Below are positions 1-13,900 of a stretch of 64,000 nt of DNA, in pieces (the stretch's first letter is position 1; every line of letters starts with the position of its first letter). The stretch is taken from positions 1,178,001 to 1,242,000 of the forward strand of contig CM022669.1 of NCBI GenBank assembly GCA_012295275.1. The letters are read 5' to 3'. Below the pieces are notes generated by a model, which was not told where the DNA came from, did no database searches, and saw only the letters and a program-made list of their open reading frames with translations. Source of the stretch: Chrysomallon squamiferum. Taxonomy: Eukaryota; Animalia; Mollusca. A program made the translations under genes and the position numbers.

Positions 1-1196
1 CAGATCTATATATCACTTTCTGTAACATGACGTAGTCTCTAATCAGCCATCAACGAGCTTTCATTTTAAAACACTCTGCTACAGCAGTCTTTAAATTTAA
101 CTTTATGCTGAAATAGGAGGACACAGAATCGGTTTAATTACTCCACGCTTCGAGCGCTTTCCCACGCGTTTTACAAACTCATTACCGAGCTGAATGCATT
201 TCTATAGTTTAATTGGCTGATTAACTTTTCAAATTTCCGCACCGGATACTTTCGTTTTCTTCGGTAATTGGCAGCACTCTTCAAGCTTTTGGTCGTCTTC
301 ATCTAAAGTTTTCACAGACACAACTATGTACGTCCGAAAATCCGTGTTTCTAAATACACGCCTCTGTATAACTGACTCATACACAGGTAAGCACAAGGCA
401 AATGCAGATATTTAATAAACAACTAACTTTGTTTCTTATTTTATTAAGGATAACATTTATTTAAATGATTTTGTTTGGTATTTTATTAAAGATAAAATTT
501 ATTTAAATAACTTTGTTTGGTATTTAATGAAAGATAACATTTATTAAAAAATAAAATTTAATTTATTTGATTAAAGGTGACATTTATTTAAATATATTGT
601 GTTTTGTTATTTTATTAAAGATAAAATTGATTTAAGTAAGTCTTTTGGATTTTTGAAGTGGTCTTTAGAATGTCTACTTTGTAGATTCAGTTCAGAACAG
701 ATGTACTGAGAAGAAAGAAAGAAGAACACGACAGTTCCGCGAAAACTGATATTAGTGAAAAGAAACTAACTAAGATTAAGCTGATAATCAAATAACCCAC
801 AACACACAAGCGAAAAATTCTCAATTATTTTATAAGGAAACGGATCGAGAAGAATTTCTCCAAATTATAGTGAAATATGAGAGTCTTATTAAACAACAAC
901 AACAACAATCACTGATGAAAATACAAAAACTGTGACTGGTTGTAAGCGAGGGTGAATCCAACTGTTATTTCACTTGTGATCATTTACGTATCACTTACAG
1001 TTAACTGTAATATCACTGCCACGTGATGCTAACTTGCTATGACAGCTGCTCAGAATATTCTCACCGAAAATATCATCATTCACTGTGACTGGCTGTAATT
1101 CTGTTAGCCGTCTCACTGACGCAAAGCGTTTCAAACGTCATCGCAGTAAGGAAATGAAAACAGGAATTTTACAAAATGGCATTTCACGTGTCTTAA

Positions 1197-1199
<3 letters not shown>

Positions 1200-1289
<90 letters not shown>
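1200..1289. repeat. (CT)n microsatellite
   Basis: Pure run. Similar (CT/GA)n tracts at 19097-19197, 22135-22240, 37316-37401, 42082-42385 and 58492-58610. Confidence 0.98.
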
Positions 1290-1292
<3 letters not shown>

Positions 1293-2637
1293 GATAACAA
1301 AACAGCTGACGTGACGTCTATAAGTCTAATGTAATTAGTTTGAAGTTGATTTATAAAACAAATTGGATGATTATTTTATCCACTGCAAACCTGATTCCCG
1401 CCTCCTAGCAGTAACTAAATACTTCATTTTGTCAAACAAAAAAATTCACCCCCCACCATGTTTTTCTTATTATTCCTGTATCGATACGAAATGTCAAAGC
1501 TCGATTTAAACTAAATGTGAAGACCATTTATTAATGACAAGATTCGTGTTTTTTCTTTTACGACGTGAACGACAGCTGCATTGACGATGACAACATTAAT
1601 AAATGTTCAAAACATAACACAGAAAGATCACGGAATAATTTCTTCTTGACTACTAACCTCGCCCACTGTGAAAAACGTTCACGTTTTCACTTCGCTAACT
1701 CCTACACGTGCTTTAAAACAGAAAAAAGAAGTAATTTTGAAAGTCATACTTAATTTTGGCTGACGTTGTTGCTGTTGATGCTACTGTTACTGCTCTTATT
1801 ATTTTCCTGCTGCTGTTGTTGTTGTTACTGATTTCATTACACATTTACATCAGTAGATTTTTTAGCGTGGAACAGAACGGCAGATAACATGCACGACACA
1901 CAGAAAATTTATGATTTGTTAAAATATTCAGATGCATAAATTTTAAATAAACTGTTTATTAGTTAACTGTGTGATACACAACCACTGCAGACCTCTGCGT
2001 TATGCATTAGCGAGGTCTGGAATTTACATTAAGAAATGTGGTTGTCGGTACCCGTGTTGCTGTGGCTATTGACGTTGTTGGTATAAGGTTGTTTTCTAAT
2101 TGCGGTCTGTTTTGTTTTACTGTCGAAGTTAGGATTGAGTAAAACTTTATTTTCATTTCAAACACTTTTCTTTGTGTGCAGATCAGACTGAATTTACTGA
2201 AGTACACAGGAATCTTAACCTTTCCAAAGTGTTTCAGAAAAAAACTGAAAATCTCCTCAGAAAGACTCACACACACAAAAAGAAGTCGTTCAGTGAACTC
2301 TGGTAAAATTCTGCTAATTGACTAAACCCGTGTCCAGACTTCACGTATTTCGTTTACCAAATACCGACAAAGAACAGCTATAGTTTGAAAACTGTCATTT
2401 TAATCTGACATAAATCCAGTTACTCTATTTTTGTATTTTCTTATCAATATTGTATAAACCTGTAGGAGAAAATATCAATTTCTGTTCGTTTGAAGTCTTT
2501 TGTGTATATTTGTTCATACAGTTGATACAGATATTTTAATGTAAATATTTTTGGATCATCCACTAAAGTGCGAGCGCAGAAAACAAGAGTTAAAGAGAAG
2601 GAAAAAGAAAAATTATAATCGATATTATGATTTCCAG

Positions 2638-2673
2638 ATGGAGATGGAATAAGCCTTTGTTTCCAAATGACAT
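2638..2673 (+). other. Candidate 36-nt micro-exon
   Basis: tttccag|ATGGAGATGGAATAAGCCTTTGTTTCCAAATGACAT|gtaagt. Length is divisible by 3 and two frames are open, but the pyrimidine tract is short. Confidence 0.25.
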
Positions 2674-2979
2674 GTAAGTATTATGTGTGTTTGTGTGAAA
2701 GACAGTGTGTTTAGCTGTGTGGTGTATCTGCACAGTATTTAATTTACGTTATCTCACACACACTGACTTGAAACCTAGAACACACATTGTTCTGTGACGT
2801 GACGTAGGTAATGGAAACAGAAACAGCTCAAATTCCTTCTACGTTTCTCGATAGAATACTAGTTACGTCATCGTGCCGAGGCTGATATGAAATGACACTG
2901 AGTCTTACAACATCGTTTTGATATTTCTGAGGATTTTATTTCATTATAATTATTATTATTATTATCTACTTTATAACAG

Positions 2980-3410
2980 TGTCTGCAGCACAGTCTGTAG
3001 TCTTACTGTATCTAGTCACTGTCAGTTGTGCCATATTGTTTGTCACGTCACATTATCTTGACGTCATAATATCTATACCGTCACCTTATGTTTGCATCAC
3101 AGTTCTGTAGTGTCTTAGTGTTTATAGTATCACATTGTCTTAGCAATGTCACACCATCCATAGCGTCACAGTCTATATACTTTTAGTATCTGTAACGTCA
3201 CATTGTCTTAACATCACAGTTCTGTAACGTCACATTTTCTTAACGTCACAGTTCTGTAACGTCACATTGTCTTAACGTCACAGTTCTGTAACGTCACATT
3301 GTCTTAACGTCACAGTTCTGTAACGTCACATTGTCTTAACGTCACAGTTCGTTAATATCACAGTGTCTGTAGTGACACATTGTCTTAACGTCACACTGTC
3401 TAAAATGTCT
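2980..3410. repeat. Minisatellite: 16-bp monomer forming a 32-bp dimer (gtcacattgtcttaac gtcacagttctgtaac)
   Basis: Near-perfect 32-mers at ~3197-3350 with degenerate 16-mers on either side. Confidence 0.85.
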
Positions 3411-3769
3411 ATACCATTGTGACGAAGAGAACATCTTGTCTTTAACTCCTAAGCAGATACATTTTTTATATGTATGTAATCCTGAGATCATCTAGACTGT
3501 ATATATAAAATAAAGAGAAGGTAAAATAACGACACATATTAAATAAAGGTATTAATAATTATAACCAGTAAATAAATCGTCTTTAACTGCCAATATATGC
3601 AGATAATTAAAGTTCTGTTTGACCGTCCCGAAAATACAGGAAAATACGCAATGACGAACTTTTAAAGGCAGATTTTTAAATTCTAAATTACGTTAAGATG
3701 CGGGGAGTTTTGTGTGACAAATTAACACAGCTTTGAACTTTTTCCACCGCAGGAATCTTTTATATATCT

Positions 3770-4320
3770 CTCTGTGTGTGTGTGTAAATGTACCTACATA
3801 CGTGTGTGTGTGTGTAAATGTACACAGATATGTGTGTGTGTATATGTACATAGATATGTGTGTGTATATATGTATATACATATGTGTGTGTGTATATGTA
3901 CATAGATATGTGTGTGTATATGTATATACATATGTGTGTGTGTATATGTACATAGATATGTGTGTGTATATGTATATACATATGTGTGTGTGTATATGTA
4001 CATAGATATGTGTGTGTATATGTATATACATATGTGTGTGTATATGTATATACATATGTGTGTGTGTATATGTATATACATATGTGTGTGTATATGTACA
4101 CACATATGTGTGTGTATATGTATATACATATGTGTGTGTGTATATGTACATAGATATGTGTGTGTATATGTATATACATATGTGTGTGTATATGTATATA
4201 CATATGTGTGTGTATATGTATATACATATGTGTGTGTATATGTATATACATATGTGTGTGTATATGCACATACAGGTGTGTGTGTGTGCATGTATATACA
4301 TATATGTGTATGTGTGTGTA
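3770..4320. repeat. Compound (TG)/(TA) microsatellite with a ~24-26-bp superperiod
   Basis: Units such as tatatacatatgtgtgtgtatatg. Explains seven overlapping H/T/Y/C/V/M ORFs. Confidence 0.95.
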
Positions 4321-4394
4321 TTTTACTGTTACAGTGTTCTAAACATTTAGACTTGATAACAATGAGCACTCCAAGCACTGGCACCGTGACACTC

Positions 4395-5110
4395 GTCATA
4401 TTGTCTTAACGTCACAGATTAGTATCACAGTATCTATATTGTCATATTGTCTTAACGTCACAGATTAGTATCACAGTATCTGTATTGTCATATTGTCTTA
4501 ACGTCACAGATTAGTATCACAGTATCTATATTGTCATATTGTCTTAACGTCACAGATTAGTATCACAGTATCTGTATTGTCATATTGTCTTAACGTCACA
4601 GATTAGTATCACAGTATCTATATTATCATATTGTCTTAACGTCACAGATTAGTATCACAGTATCTATATTATCATATTGTCTTAACGTAACAGACTATAG
4701 TATCATAATATCTATATCGTCGCAGTCTACAGTATCATAGTATCTATATTGTCATATTGTCTTAACGTAACAGACTATAGTATCATAATATCTATATCGT
4801 CGCAGTCTACAGTATCATAGTATCTATATCTTCACACTGTCATAACGTCACACTGTCTTTGCTATCTTAGATCATTATCGTCAAACCGTTTTAACGTCAG
4901 ACTCTGTAGTATCACAGTATCTATATCGTCAAACTGTCTTAGCGTCATACTGTCTATAGTATCATAGCATCTGTATCGTCAAACTGTCTACAATTTCATA
5001 GTATCTGCAGTGTCACATTGGGTATAGCGTCACATTGTATGTAGTCATAATGACTAATGCGAAGTGCCGAACTATCTCTAGTACCAGAGTGCCTATAGCG
5101 TCACAGAGTG
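4395..5110. repeat. Minisatellite: 46-bp unit (gtcatattgtcttaacgtcacagattagtatcacagtatctatatt), decaying into 16-mers
   Basis: Units start at 4395, 4441, 4487 and so on, about 6 near-perfect copies. Related to the 2980-3410 monomer. Confidence 0.85.
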
Positions 5111-5197
5111 CTCAGTATTTCTACAGTCGGCTGTATCAAACTGTTGTGTTACATCACATCTGTTACAATTTAATTACATAATGTTTTCAGTACTTAC

Positions 5198-5247
5198 CCA
5201 TAGAAACGTCAATATGTGCATAGTTTTCACTTTTGCAAAGTTTTAAC
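5198..5247 (-). other. Candidate 50-nt exon of a - strand transcript
   Basis: On the - strand: acceptor tactttgtcgtttcag| and donor ATGG|gtaagta. Only one frame is open (LKLCKSENYAHIDVSM). Confidence 0.4.
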
Positions 5248-5837
5248 CTGAAACGACAAAGTACATAGCAGTTTAATACAGGTTTACTGAATATGAAAAA
5301 AGAAGACAAAAGATAGAGTATTAGAGAATCGAGCAGTAAATGCAGATTTTAATCATTTATGTTCTGACACAGTCTGTTGCATTTTCCATTGAGTACTTTA
5401 TGAACGTGACATGATTTTTATTTTTTTACATACATGCGTATCTTTATTAATACGTACACGGGTGTATGCACATATACACAATTATGCATTAATACATATA
5501 TACATTCATACATACATACGTACATACATATATACATACATACATACATACATATATATACACACACACAGACACATGCATACATACTCACATATATACA
5601 AACATACATACACACAGAAGTACATGCACATAATACATACATATCTACATACATATATAGATATATACATACATATATACATATAAAGAAACACAGATGG
5701 AGTAATCAGGGAGAGAGGGAAACGTGTAGTGTTTTAGATATAACGGAGACTGTGTAATTACTTCGCTCGCCTGTTAACACTTTGTTTTCATACAGTGTAC
5801 TGACACTCATCTGCTCTGTTAATGAAAACGCTACAAG

Positions 5838-6140
5838 GCAGTGTGAAGTGTGTCTTCGTGTTGTGTTGAATACTCAGTTCCTTTTTCCTTTTAAATTCTG
5901 AGAAGCTGGGATCGCGTCCTGATACCGACTTTCTTCTTTGATTACTTTTGTGAATTTGGATTTAATTTATTTTATTATCTTCGTTTTGTTTTGAAAAAAC
6001 CCCTGAACATAATCATCTCAATTTTTGGCGATATTAAAACATGCATACTTGTTGAAATCTATAAAAAAATATACACTTGAATACGTGACCTTTCAAAACG
6101 CTATAAATATCCTAGACTCTGATCACGATCACATGATTAA
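5838..6140 (+). repeat. Left arm of a ~300-bp diverged inverted repeat
   Basis: Blocks gcagtgtgaagtg, gtcctgataccg, ctttgattacttttgtgaatt and ctataaatatcctagactc each occur reverse-complemented, in mirrored order, at 7545-7823. Confidence 0.85.
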
Positions 6141-7442
6141 ATCAGGGATGGTTAATTTTAAAAGTTAGATTTGTTTTACAATACAAGGCTGAGATGTGAT
6201 GGGTCGCATGGTCAGCTTTCATTGTTTCGTTCTCTGTTGCACCCACCGCCGTACTGACGTGACACAGACTGTGATATTTTGAATATAAAAATTCCTCGCT
6301 GCTAATGGATTAGTTAGAAGAATGGCTGATTCAGCCTGTCGTATTAAAAAAAAACACCCTATAATACGACATCCTAGAACTACTAACAACTAAATATGTG
6401 ATAAACACAATTAATAATTCATACAATGATGAATACTTATCTAGCAAAACGTCGTGTTTAGTTTTGAAAAGTGAGACTGTCGTGGCTGTCGTGTAAGAAT
6501 GGTGTGCTGCGTACAACACATTTGTCAATCCCTCATGTGCAGTAAAATATTGCAGTGTATTTTAAAAAATGAAATAATGTAGATGTGAAACCTACAGAGA
6601 CAATAAATAGTGAAATTTCGCACCGTAATGTTTATTAGTTTGCAATATTAATGTAGATAAAAATGATTCGCCGTGTATCGAGTGTGGGCGGCATTACTTA
6701 TTAAAATGACCTGCTACTAGTAGCTGGCAGTTTACGATACCACAACGCCATTTCATGCGAGCCGTTTACACACGGTTGTCTACTAGCAATTCCGTTCGGA
6801 TAACTTCGGCTAGTTTCGGGAACTCGGAGATGTTCTTGCGATCACTTCTGATAAAGATTAAATTTAAACATTTTCCGAAGACATTGTCATCGTCGTCGTT
6901 ATTATAATTGTTATTGTTATCACTATTTTATTATTATAATTTTATTACCATTATTATTATCATTATTATTATTATTATTATGATTATTATTATTATGATT
7001 ATTATTATTATTATAGTTATAACTTCATATTCAAAGCGAGTATAATAAACACTTTACGATAAGACAGGTGAGAGCTCGGTTTGGGAGAGCGCGCGCCTGA
7101 AGATCGATAGTTCCGAGTATCTCCTTGCAGTTATATCTCGTTCCAACTATCTCTCCGGCCGTGTTAATCACAGACAACCGACTGTTAATAGAAACACTTC
7201 GCTGTTTTGTTTTTTTCACACACAAAACAAGACAGCTGAGATAATTTGTCAGAAAGTCTCAACACTTGTATCTCGTTTTAACACTTTTACAAAAAACAAT
7301 TTCACAACTTACGTCGTATTAGCATTGTTCTTACCATCAGCGGTAACAGCACGTCAGTGTTTTTACATTTATTTCTGTCGATTAAAACACAAGTATCTAG
7401 ATGTTAACAGAATATTTATTATCATTTCTTCTTCTTCTTTTT

Positions 7443-7473
<31 letters not shown>

Positions 7474-7544
7474 TTATTATTATTATTAGTGTAAGTATTA
7501 GTATTGGTATTGCAGTCTTTCTTTATTACGAACTATTATTACTA

Positions 7545-7823
7545 TTAATCACGTGATATGAGTCTAGGATATTTATAGCATTTTAAAAGGTCACGTACTC
7601 ACGTGTATATTTTTATAGATTACAAGAAATATGCGTGTTCTAATATCGTCAATTTTGAGATGATTGCGTTCGGTATTTTCAAAAAAAAATGATTAAAATA
7701 AAATAAAATTCAGTTCGAATTCACAAAAGTAATCAAAGACAGAAAACCGGTATCAGGACGTGATCGCAGTTCTCTGAACTTTAAAACATGAACTGAGTAC
7801 AACATCAACTCACTTCACACTGC
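7545..7823 (-). repeat. Right arm of the ~300-bp diverged inverted repeat
   Basis: gagtctaggatatttatag, aattcacaaaagtaatcaaag, cggtatcaggac and cacttcacactgc are the reverse complements of the blocks in 5838-6140. Confidence 0.85.
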
Positions 7824-8544
7824 TGTTACACAACGGTATACTTTGTATGGTAAAAATTTGTGAGTGAATTAATTGGATGAGTTTTTAAAAACACACACAG
7901 TTTCATTTGAACTTCATCTTTTCTGGTTGATGGTTATTTTCGAAAACATAGCAATCTCTTAATTAGAAAACAGGTGTTCAAATGTAACCATATAGTGTAA
8001 CTGATGCTGAACAATTCGTTAATGGTTTCAGCCAAAGGCGACTATACTAATTTAACAATTTTCTCCAGTAATCTGTCGTGTGTATTCGGATTTTGATGTG
8101 TACAGGAATTGTTTAAAAAATAAATATTATTATTATTTACAAAAATTAAGCATGCTGTTTACATTAATATAAACATATTACTAATGTGGTCAACGTAAAT
8201 TCATTATCAGTGTATCTTAATGCAAGCAAATATCAAACAGCTACGTTAATGATAAACTGAAATAATAATTCTATTCTTGATACAAGGACAAACAGTGATA
8301 TATGCTTGTTTGAAGAACCAAAGGTAAAATTAACCTTGATTATCTAACTGATGGTAAACTGAAAGAGTACGCCATTTGTTAAGCCTATTAGCAGTAAGCC
8401 TATTAGCAGTAAGCCTATTAGCAGTTAATAAAGTGAATAGTTCAGTAGAAAACTAACGAGACCTTCAGAGTAGAGCTCTGTGTTAAACAGACAATACAGA
8501 ACACGAGATATGATAATCATGTGTTTGAATAGAGTAAGAGATAA

Positions 8545-8603
<59 letters not shown>

Positions 8604-8899
8604 CAATAATAATGATAATAATAATAATAACAACAACAACAATAATAATATTAATAATATTAACAACAACAACAATAATAATATTAATAATAATATCCAG
8701 GCTACAGTAAGTAACACTGTGTTGACTATTAATCACAGCCTTGTTACTGATAGTACAGGGATCGATTCAGTGCGCGTTCCACACAGATCTAACTGAGATA
8801 TCAAAGAATGTTAAATAACAGTGTGTGACACGAGGAAAGTAAACCCTGTACGAACGTGCTTTACTACACTGCTATTTCTGCGTTTCTCATTAAACATAC

Positions 8900-9074
8900 C
8901 TCTTATTATGTAGGTAATTAACACAAATATTCGTCGTATACTGAAAGATAATGTCTCTCGATATACAGATTTAGGTTAGCAGACAACTGAAAGTACGGAA
9001 AGCTGGTAAGATGTACAGTGCAGGATGTGCAACATTCCCTACGGACTGCCTCGACCAGGAAAGCTTTCTGCAGT
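8900..9074 (-). other. Candidate 175-nt exon of a - strand transcript
   Basis: Long pyrimidine tract (9080-9122 on -) ending in cgtag|, and donor GAG|gtatgt at 8900/8899. The longest frame stops inside the exon, so it is likely non-coding. Confidence 0.25.
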
Positions 9075-9268
9075 CTACGTGACCAGGAAAGAAAACCAAA
9101 CAGTAAAGAAGAACAAAACAAACTGAGATTTTTTATATACGCATCTTTTCTTTACCTACCAGCATTCGAAAAATGAACACACCCCACTTTCCTCTTAAAA
9201 TATCCCTACTGTTAGGACCAATAACAATAAACACACTTTAAAATGCCAACAAATGAAGTTAAGGGCGA

Positions 9269-9322
<54 letters not shown>

Positions 9323-9346
9323 AAAAAAATAATAATGGTAATAGTA

Positions 9347-9394
<48 letters not shown>

Positions 9395-9479
9395 GTTGTG
9401 GAAGTAATGATGAAAACTCAGTCTACGACGAAGCATGTTAAACTGAGACAAACGACGGAAAAGAACGGACGAAAACGAC

Positions 9480-9990
9480 TGTTAATAGCGGTTTTCTATT
9501 GTCGGTGGTGCGTGACTCCCGTTAAGCAATTTCAACCGTGTTCCAGTGTTTCCATTCACAAACGACGGAGCGCGTGAAAAGAGCCCGGGAAAGAACGACA
9601 CGGAACCACCCACATTTTCATCAATAAAACATCGGCTGGCTGGGCTCGCGTTGTCCGCTGTGCACGTTCTCTGTTGTCGAAGCTCTTTGAAGGTAACGGG
9701 ATACGAAGTCAAACAAACGAAACAGAAGAAAACATTGCTCGCTGATTTATAGATGTGACTGAACTTCTTCTTGTGACCGCGGTCCGAACCGGCTGCCGAG
9801 TTTTGACGATTGTTGAAGCGCCATCTGCGATTCTCCGCGCGAGCCGGTTTCTATTTTTGGAAACGTCGTCTGTCAAACGTGACGTTAAGTGCTGTGGGCG
9901 TCGTGTCGCGCGCAGCCGTAAATAAAAACAAAAACAAACAAAACAAGTGGCAACGTAGCAGAGAGACCGTGTCTTAGCGCACAAAGAAAT
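9480..9990. promoter_or_regulatory. CpG-rich island (putative promoter or enhancer)
   Basis: Dense CG/CGCG content relative to the flanks and no convincing coding frame. A MEF2-like ctatttttgg lies at 9851-9860. Confidence 0.35.
9817..9830 (-). promoter_or_regulatory. Partial CTCF-like motif inside the CpG island 9480-9990
   Basis: Reverse complement TCGCAGATGGCGCT matches the 3' part of CCAGCAGATGGCGC. Confidence 0.3.
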
Positions 9991-10073
9991 CTTTGTGACT
10001 GGCCTGGGATTATGAATACACGAGAGTTTGACTTTGAATGCCAGTTCAGTCTAAAATAGTATCACAATTACAG

Positions 10074-10104
<31 letters not shown>

Positions 10105-10299
10105 GAAAAAGAGATAAAAAATGTGAATGGGCAAATAATGATACTTTTATTGTACGGTACAAACCTAAATTGTCTTATATTTGAAATCACAAAACAAGTT
10201 AATTGTAATAAATATAAAGCTGATCAAGCTCAACTATATAATAAGTATATACCTGTACACACCTCTTTGCAGACAGCAAAACAATACCAATGAAAAGCA

Positions 10300-11842
10300 T
10301 CATGTCACTGAGTTAACATCATGTCACAGAGTTAACATGTCACTGAGTTAACACATGTCACTGAGTTAACATATGTCACTGAATTAACACGTCACCGAGT
10401 TAACACATGTCACTGAATTAACACATGTCACTGAGTTAACATCATGTCACAGAGTTAACATGTCACTGAGTTAACACATGTCACCGAGTTAACACATGTC
10501 ACTGAGTTAACACATGTCACTGAATTAACACGTCACCGAGTTAACACATGTCACTGAATTAACACATGTCACTGAGTTAACACACGTCACCGAGTTAACA
10601 CGTCACCGAGTTAACACATGTCACTGAGTTAACACATGTCACTGAATTAACACATGTCACTGAGTTAACACATGTCACTGAATTAACACATGTAACTGAG
10701 TTAACACATGTAACTGAATTAACACATGTCACCGTCACCGAGTTAACACATGTCACCGAGTTAACATGTCACTGAGTTAACACATGTCACTGAGTTAACA
10801 CATGTCACTGAGTTAACACATGTCACTGAGTTAACACATGTCACTGAGTTAACATATGTCACTGAATTAACACGTCACTGAGTTAACACGTCACCGAGTT
10901 AACACATGTCACTGAGTTAACACATGTCACCGAGTTAACATGTCACTGAGTTAACACATGTCACCGAGTTAACACATGTCACTGAGTTAACACATGTCAC
11001 TGAGTTAACACGTCACCGAGTTAACACATGTCACCGAGTTAACACATGTCACTGAGTTAACACATGTCACTGAATTAACACATGTCACTGAGTTAACACA
11101 TGTCACTGAGTTAACACATGTCACTGAGTTAACACATGTCACCGAGTTAACACATGTCACCGAATTAACATGTCACTGAATTAACACATGTCACTGAGTT
11201 AACACACGTCACCGAGTTAACACATGTCACTGAGTTAACACATGTCACTGAATTAACACATGTCACTGAGTTAACACATGTCACCGAGTTAACACATCAC
11301 TGAGTTAACACATGTCACTGAGTTAACACATGTCACTGAGTTAACACATGTCACTGAGTTAACACATGTCACTGAGTTAACACGTCACTGAGTTAACACA
11401 CGTCACCGAGTTAACACGTCACTGAGTTAACATACGTCACTGAGTTAACACATGTCACTGAGTTAACACATGTCACTGAGTTAACAACACTGAGTTAACA
11501 CATGTCACTGAGTTAACACATGTCACTGAGTTAACACGTCACCGAGTTAACACATGTCACTGAGTTAACACATGTCACTGAGTTAACAACATGTCACTGA
11601 GTTAACAACATGAACTGAGTTAAATATAAAGCTGTCACAACTGATATAATACGTCACCGAGTTAACACGTCACTGCAGACAACAAAACAATACCAATGAA
11701 ACATCATGTCACTGAGTTAACATCACATGTCACTGAGTTAACAACATGTCACTGAGTTAACACATGTCACTGAGTTAACAACATGTCACTGAGTTAACAC
11801 ACGTCACTGAGTTAACACATGTCACTGAGTTAACACATGTCA
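10300..11842. repeat. Minisatellite: 18-bp unit catgtcactgagttaaca (~80 copies)
   Basis: Directly visible, with 16-bp and 19-bp variants. Contains the GTTAAC and ACATGT palindromes. Confidence 0.95.
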
Positions 11843-12274
11843 GTATGTATTTATGTATGTACCTCTTGATAGAACAGGACACTTTTTGTTTTGTTTTTGT
11901 TCTTGTGGTGTCAGTGGTACGAACTGACAGAGAACTGCCTAAATACGTTCTTAACACAGAGTGGTAAAGAGACAATAAAATCAGTTAAATTAAACACCTG
12001 GATAATGAAAATAACCCGTGAAGTTAGAGAACTTGAACTGCTAAATATCAGTCTAGAGCTGGAACGTGAAATGCGAGGCGCTGATGTAAAACGCTGTAAT
12101 CACTGTGTAACCACACAGCTGCACGTCGGTTCTCCTGTCAGACTGTGAGACACGTTTAACACGCACTCAACTAACAGTGTTCACTGATGTAACACCAAGT
12201 AACTATAGAAACTAATCATATCAGTAATTAATCTAAACTATTTTCTATCTTTTTATACGACCCTGATGATATGT

Positions 12275-13900
12275 TCATAAGTACTGCCTTAGCTTTATTC
12301 ATATCTTTATAAGTACTGTTTTATCTTATCTTTATAAGTACTGTTTTACCTTATCTTTGTGACATTGATCATATCTTTATAAGTACTGTTTTATCTTCAC
12401 TTTGTGACAGTGATCATATCTTTATTAAGTACTGTTTTATCTTCACTTTGTGACAGTGATCATATCTTTATAAGTACTGTTTTATCTTATCTTTATAAAT
12501 ACTGTTTTATCTTCACTTTGTGACAGTAATCATATCTTTATAAGTACTTTTATCTTATCTTTATAAGTACTGTTGTATCTTATCTTTATAACTAGTTTTA
12601 TCTTATCTTTATAAGTACTGTTTTATCTTATCTTTATAAGTACTGTTTTATCTTCACTTTGTGACAGTAATCATATCTTTATAAGTACTTTTATCTTATC
12701 TTTATAAGTACTGTTTTATCTTATCTTTATAAGTACTGTTTTATCGTTTCTTTATAAGTATTGTTTTATCTTATCTTTATAAGTACTGTTTTATCTTATC
12801 TTTATAAGTACTGTTTTATCTTCACTTTGTGACAGTAATCATATCTTTATAAGTACTTTTATCTTATCTTTATAAGTACTGTTTTATCTTCACTTTGTGA
12901 CAGTAATCATATCTTTATAAGTACTTTTATCTTATCTTTATAAGTACTGTTTTATCTTATCTTTATAAGTATTGTTTTATCTTCACTGTTAAGTGACTGT
13001 TTTATCTTATCTTTATAAGTACTGTTTTATCTTTTCTTTATAAAATACTGTTTTATCTTCATCTTTATAAGACTGTTTTATCTTATCTTTATAAGTATTG
13101 TTTTATCTTATCTTTATAAGTACTGTTTTATCTTATCTTTATAACTACTGTTTTATCTTATCTTTATAAGTATTGTTTTATCTTATCTTTATAAGTACTG
13201 TTTTATCTTATCTTTATAAGTATTGTTTTATCTTATCTTTATAAGTACTGTTTTATCTTATCTTTATAAGTACTGTTTTATCTTCACTTTGTGACAGTAA
13301 TCATATCTTTATAAGTACTTTCATCTTATCTTTATAAGTACTGTTTTATCTTCACTTTGTGACAGTAATCATATCTTTATAAGTACTTTTATCTTATCTT
13401 TATAAGTACTGTTTTATCTTATCTGTATAAGTATTGTTTTATCTTATCTGTATAAGTACTGTTTTATCTTATCTTTATAAGTACTGTTTTATCTTTTCTT
13501 TATAAGTACTGTTTTATCTTCACTTTGTGACAGTAATCATATCTTTATAAGTACTTTTATCTTATCTTTATAAGTACTGTTTTATCTTATCTTTATAAGT
13601 ACTGTTTTATCTTATCTTTATAAGTACTGTTTTATCTTATCTTTATAAGTACTGTTTTATCTTATCTTTATAAGTACTGTTTTATCTTTTCTTTATAAGT
13701 ATTGTTTTATCTTTTCTTTATAAGTATTGTTTTATCTTATCTTTATAAGTACTGTTTTATCTTATCTTTATAAGTACTGTTTTATCTTATCTTTATAAGT
13801 ACTGTTTTATCTTTTCTTTATAAGTACTGTTTTATCTTATCTTTATAAGTACTGTTTTATCTTTTCTTTATAAGTACTGTTTTATCTTCACTTTGTGACA
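12275..13900. repeat. Minisatellite: 25-bp unit ataagtactgttttatcttatcttt, with a longer interspersed variant (cactttgtgacagtaatc)
   Basis: Directly visible over 1.6 kb. Confidence 0.95.

Noticed and set aside
3693-4409. Long overlapping ORFs (up to 202 aa) of H/T/Y/C/V/M
   Set aside because: They are translations of a TG/TA compound microsatellite, open in many frames on both strands. The same applies to ORFs at 5.4, 8.5, 20, 21, 25.4, 42, 47.7, 56.1 and 58.5 kb.
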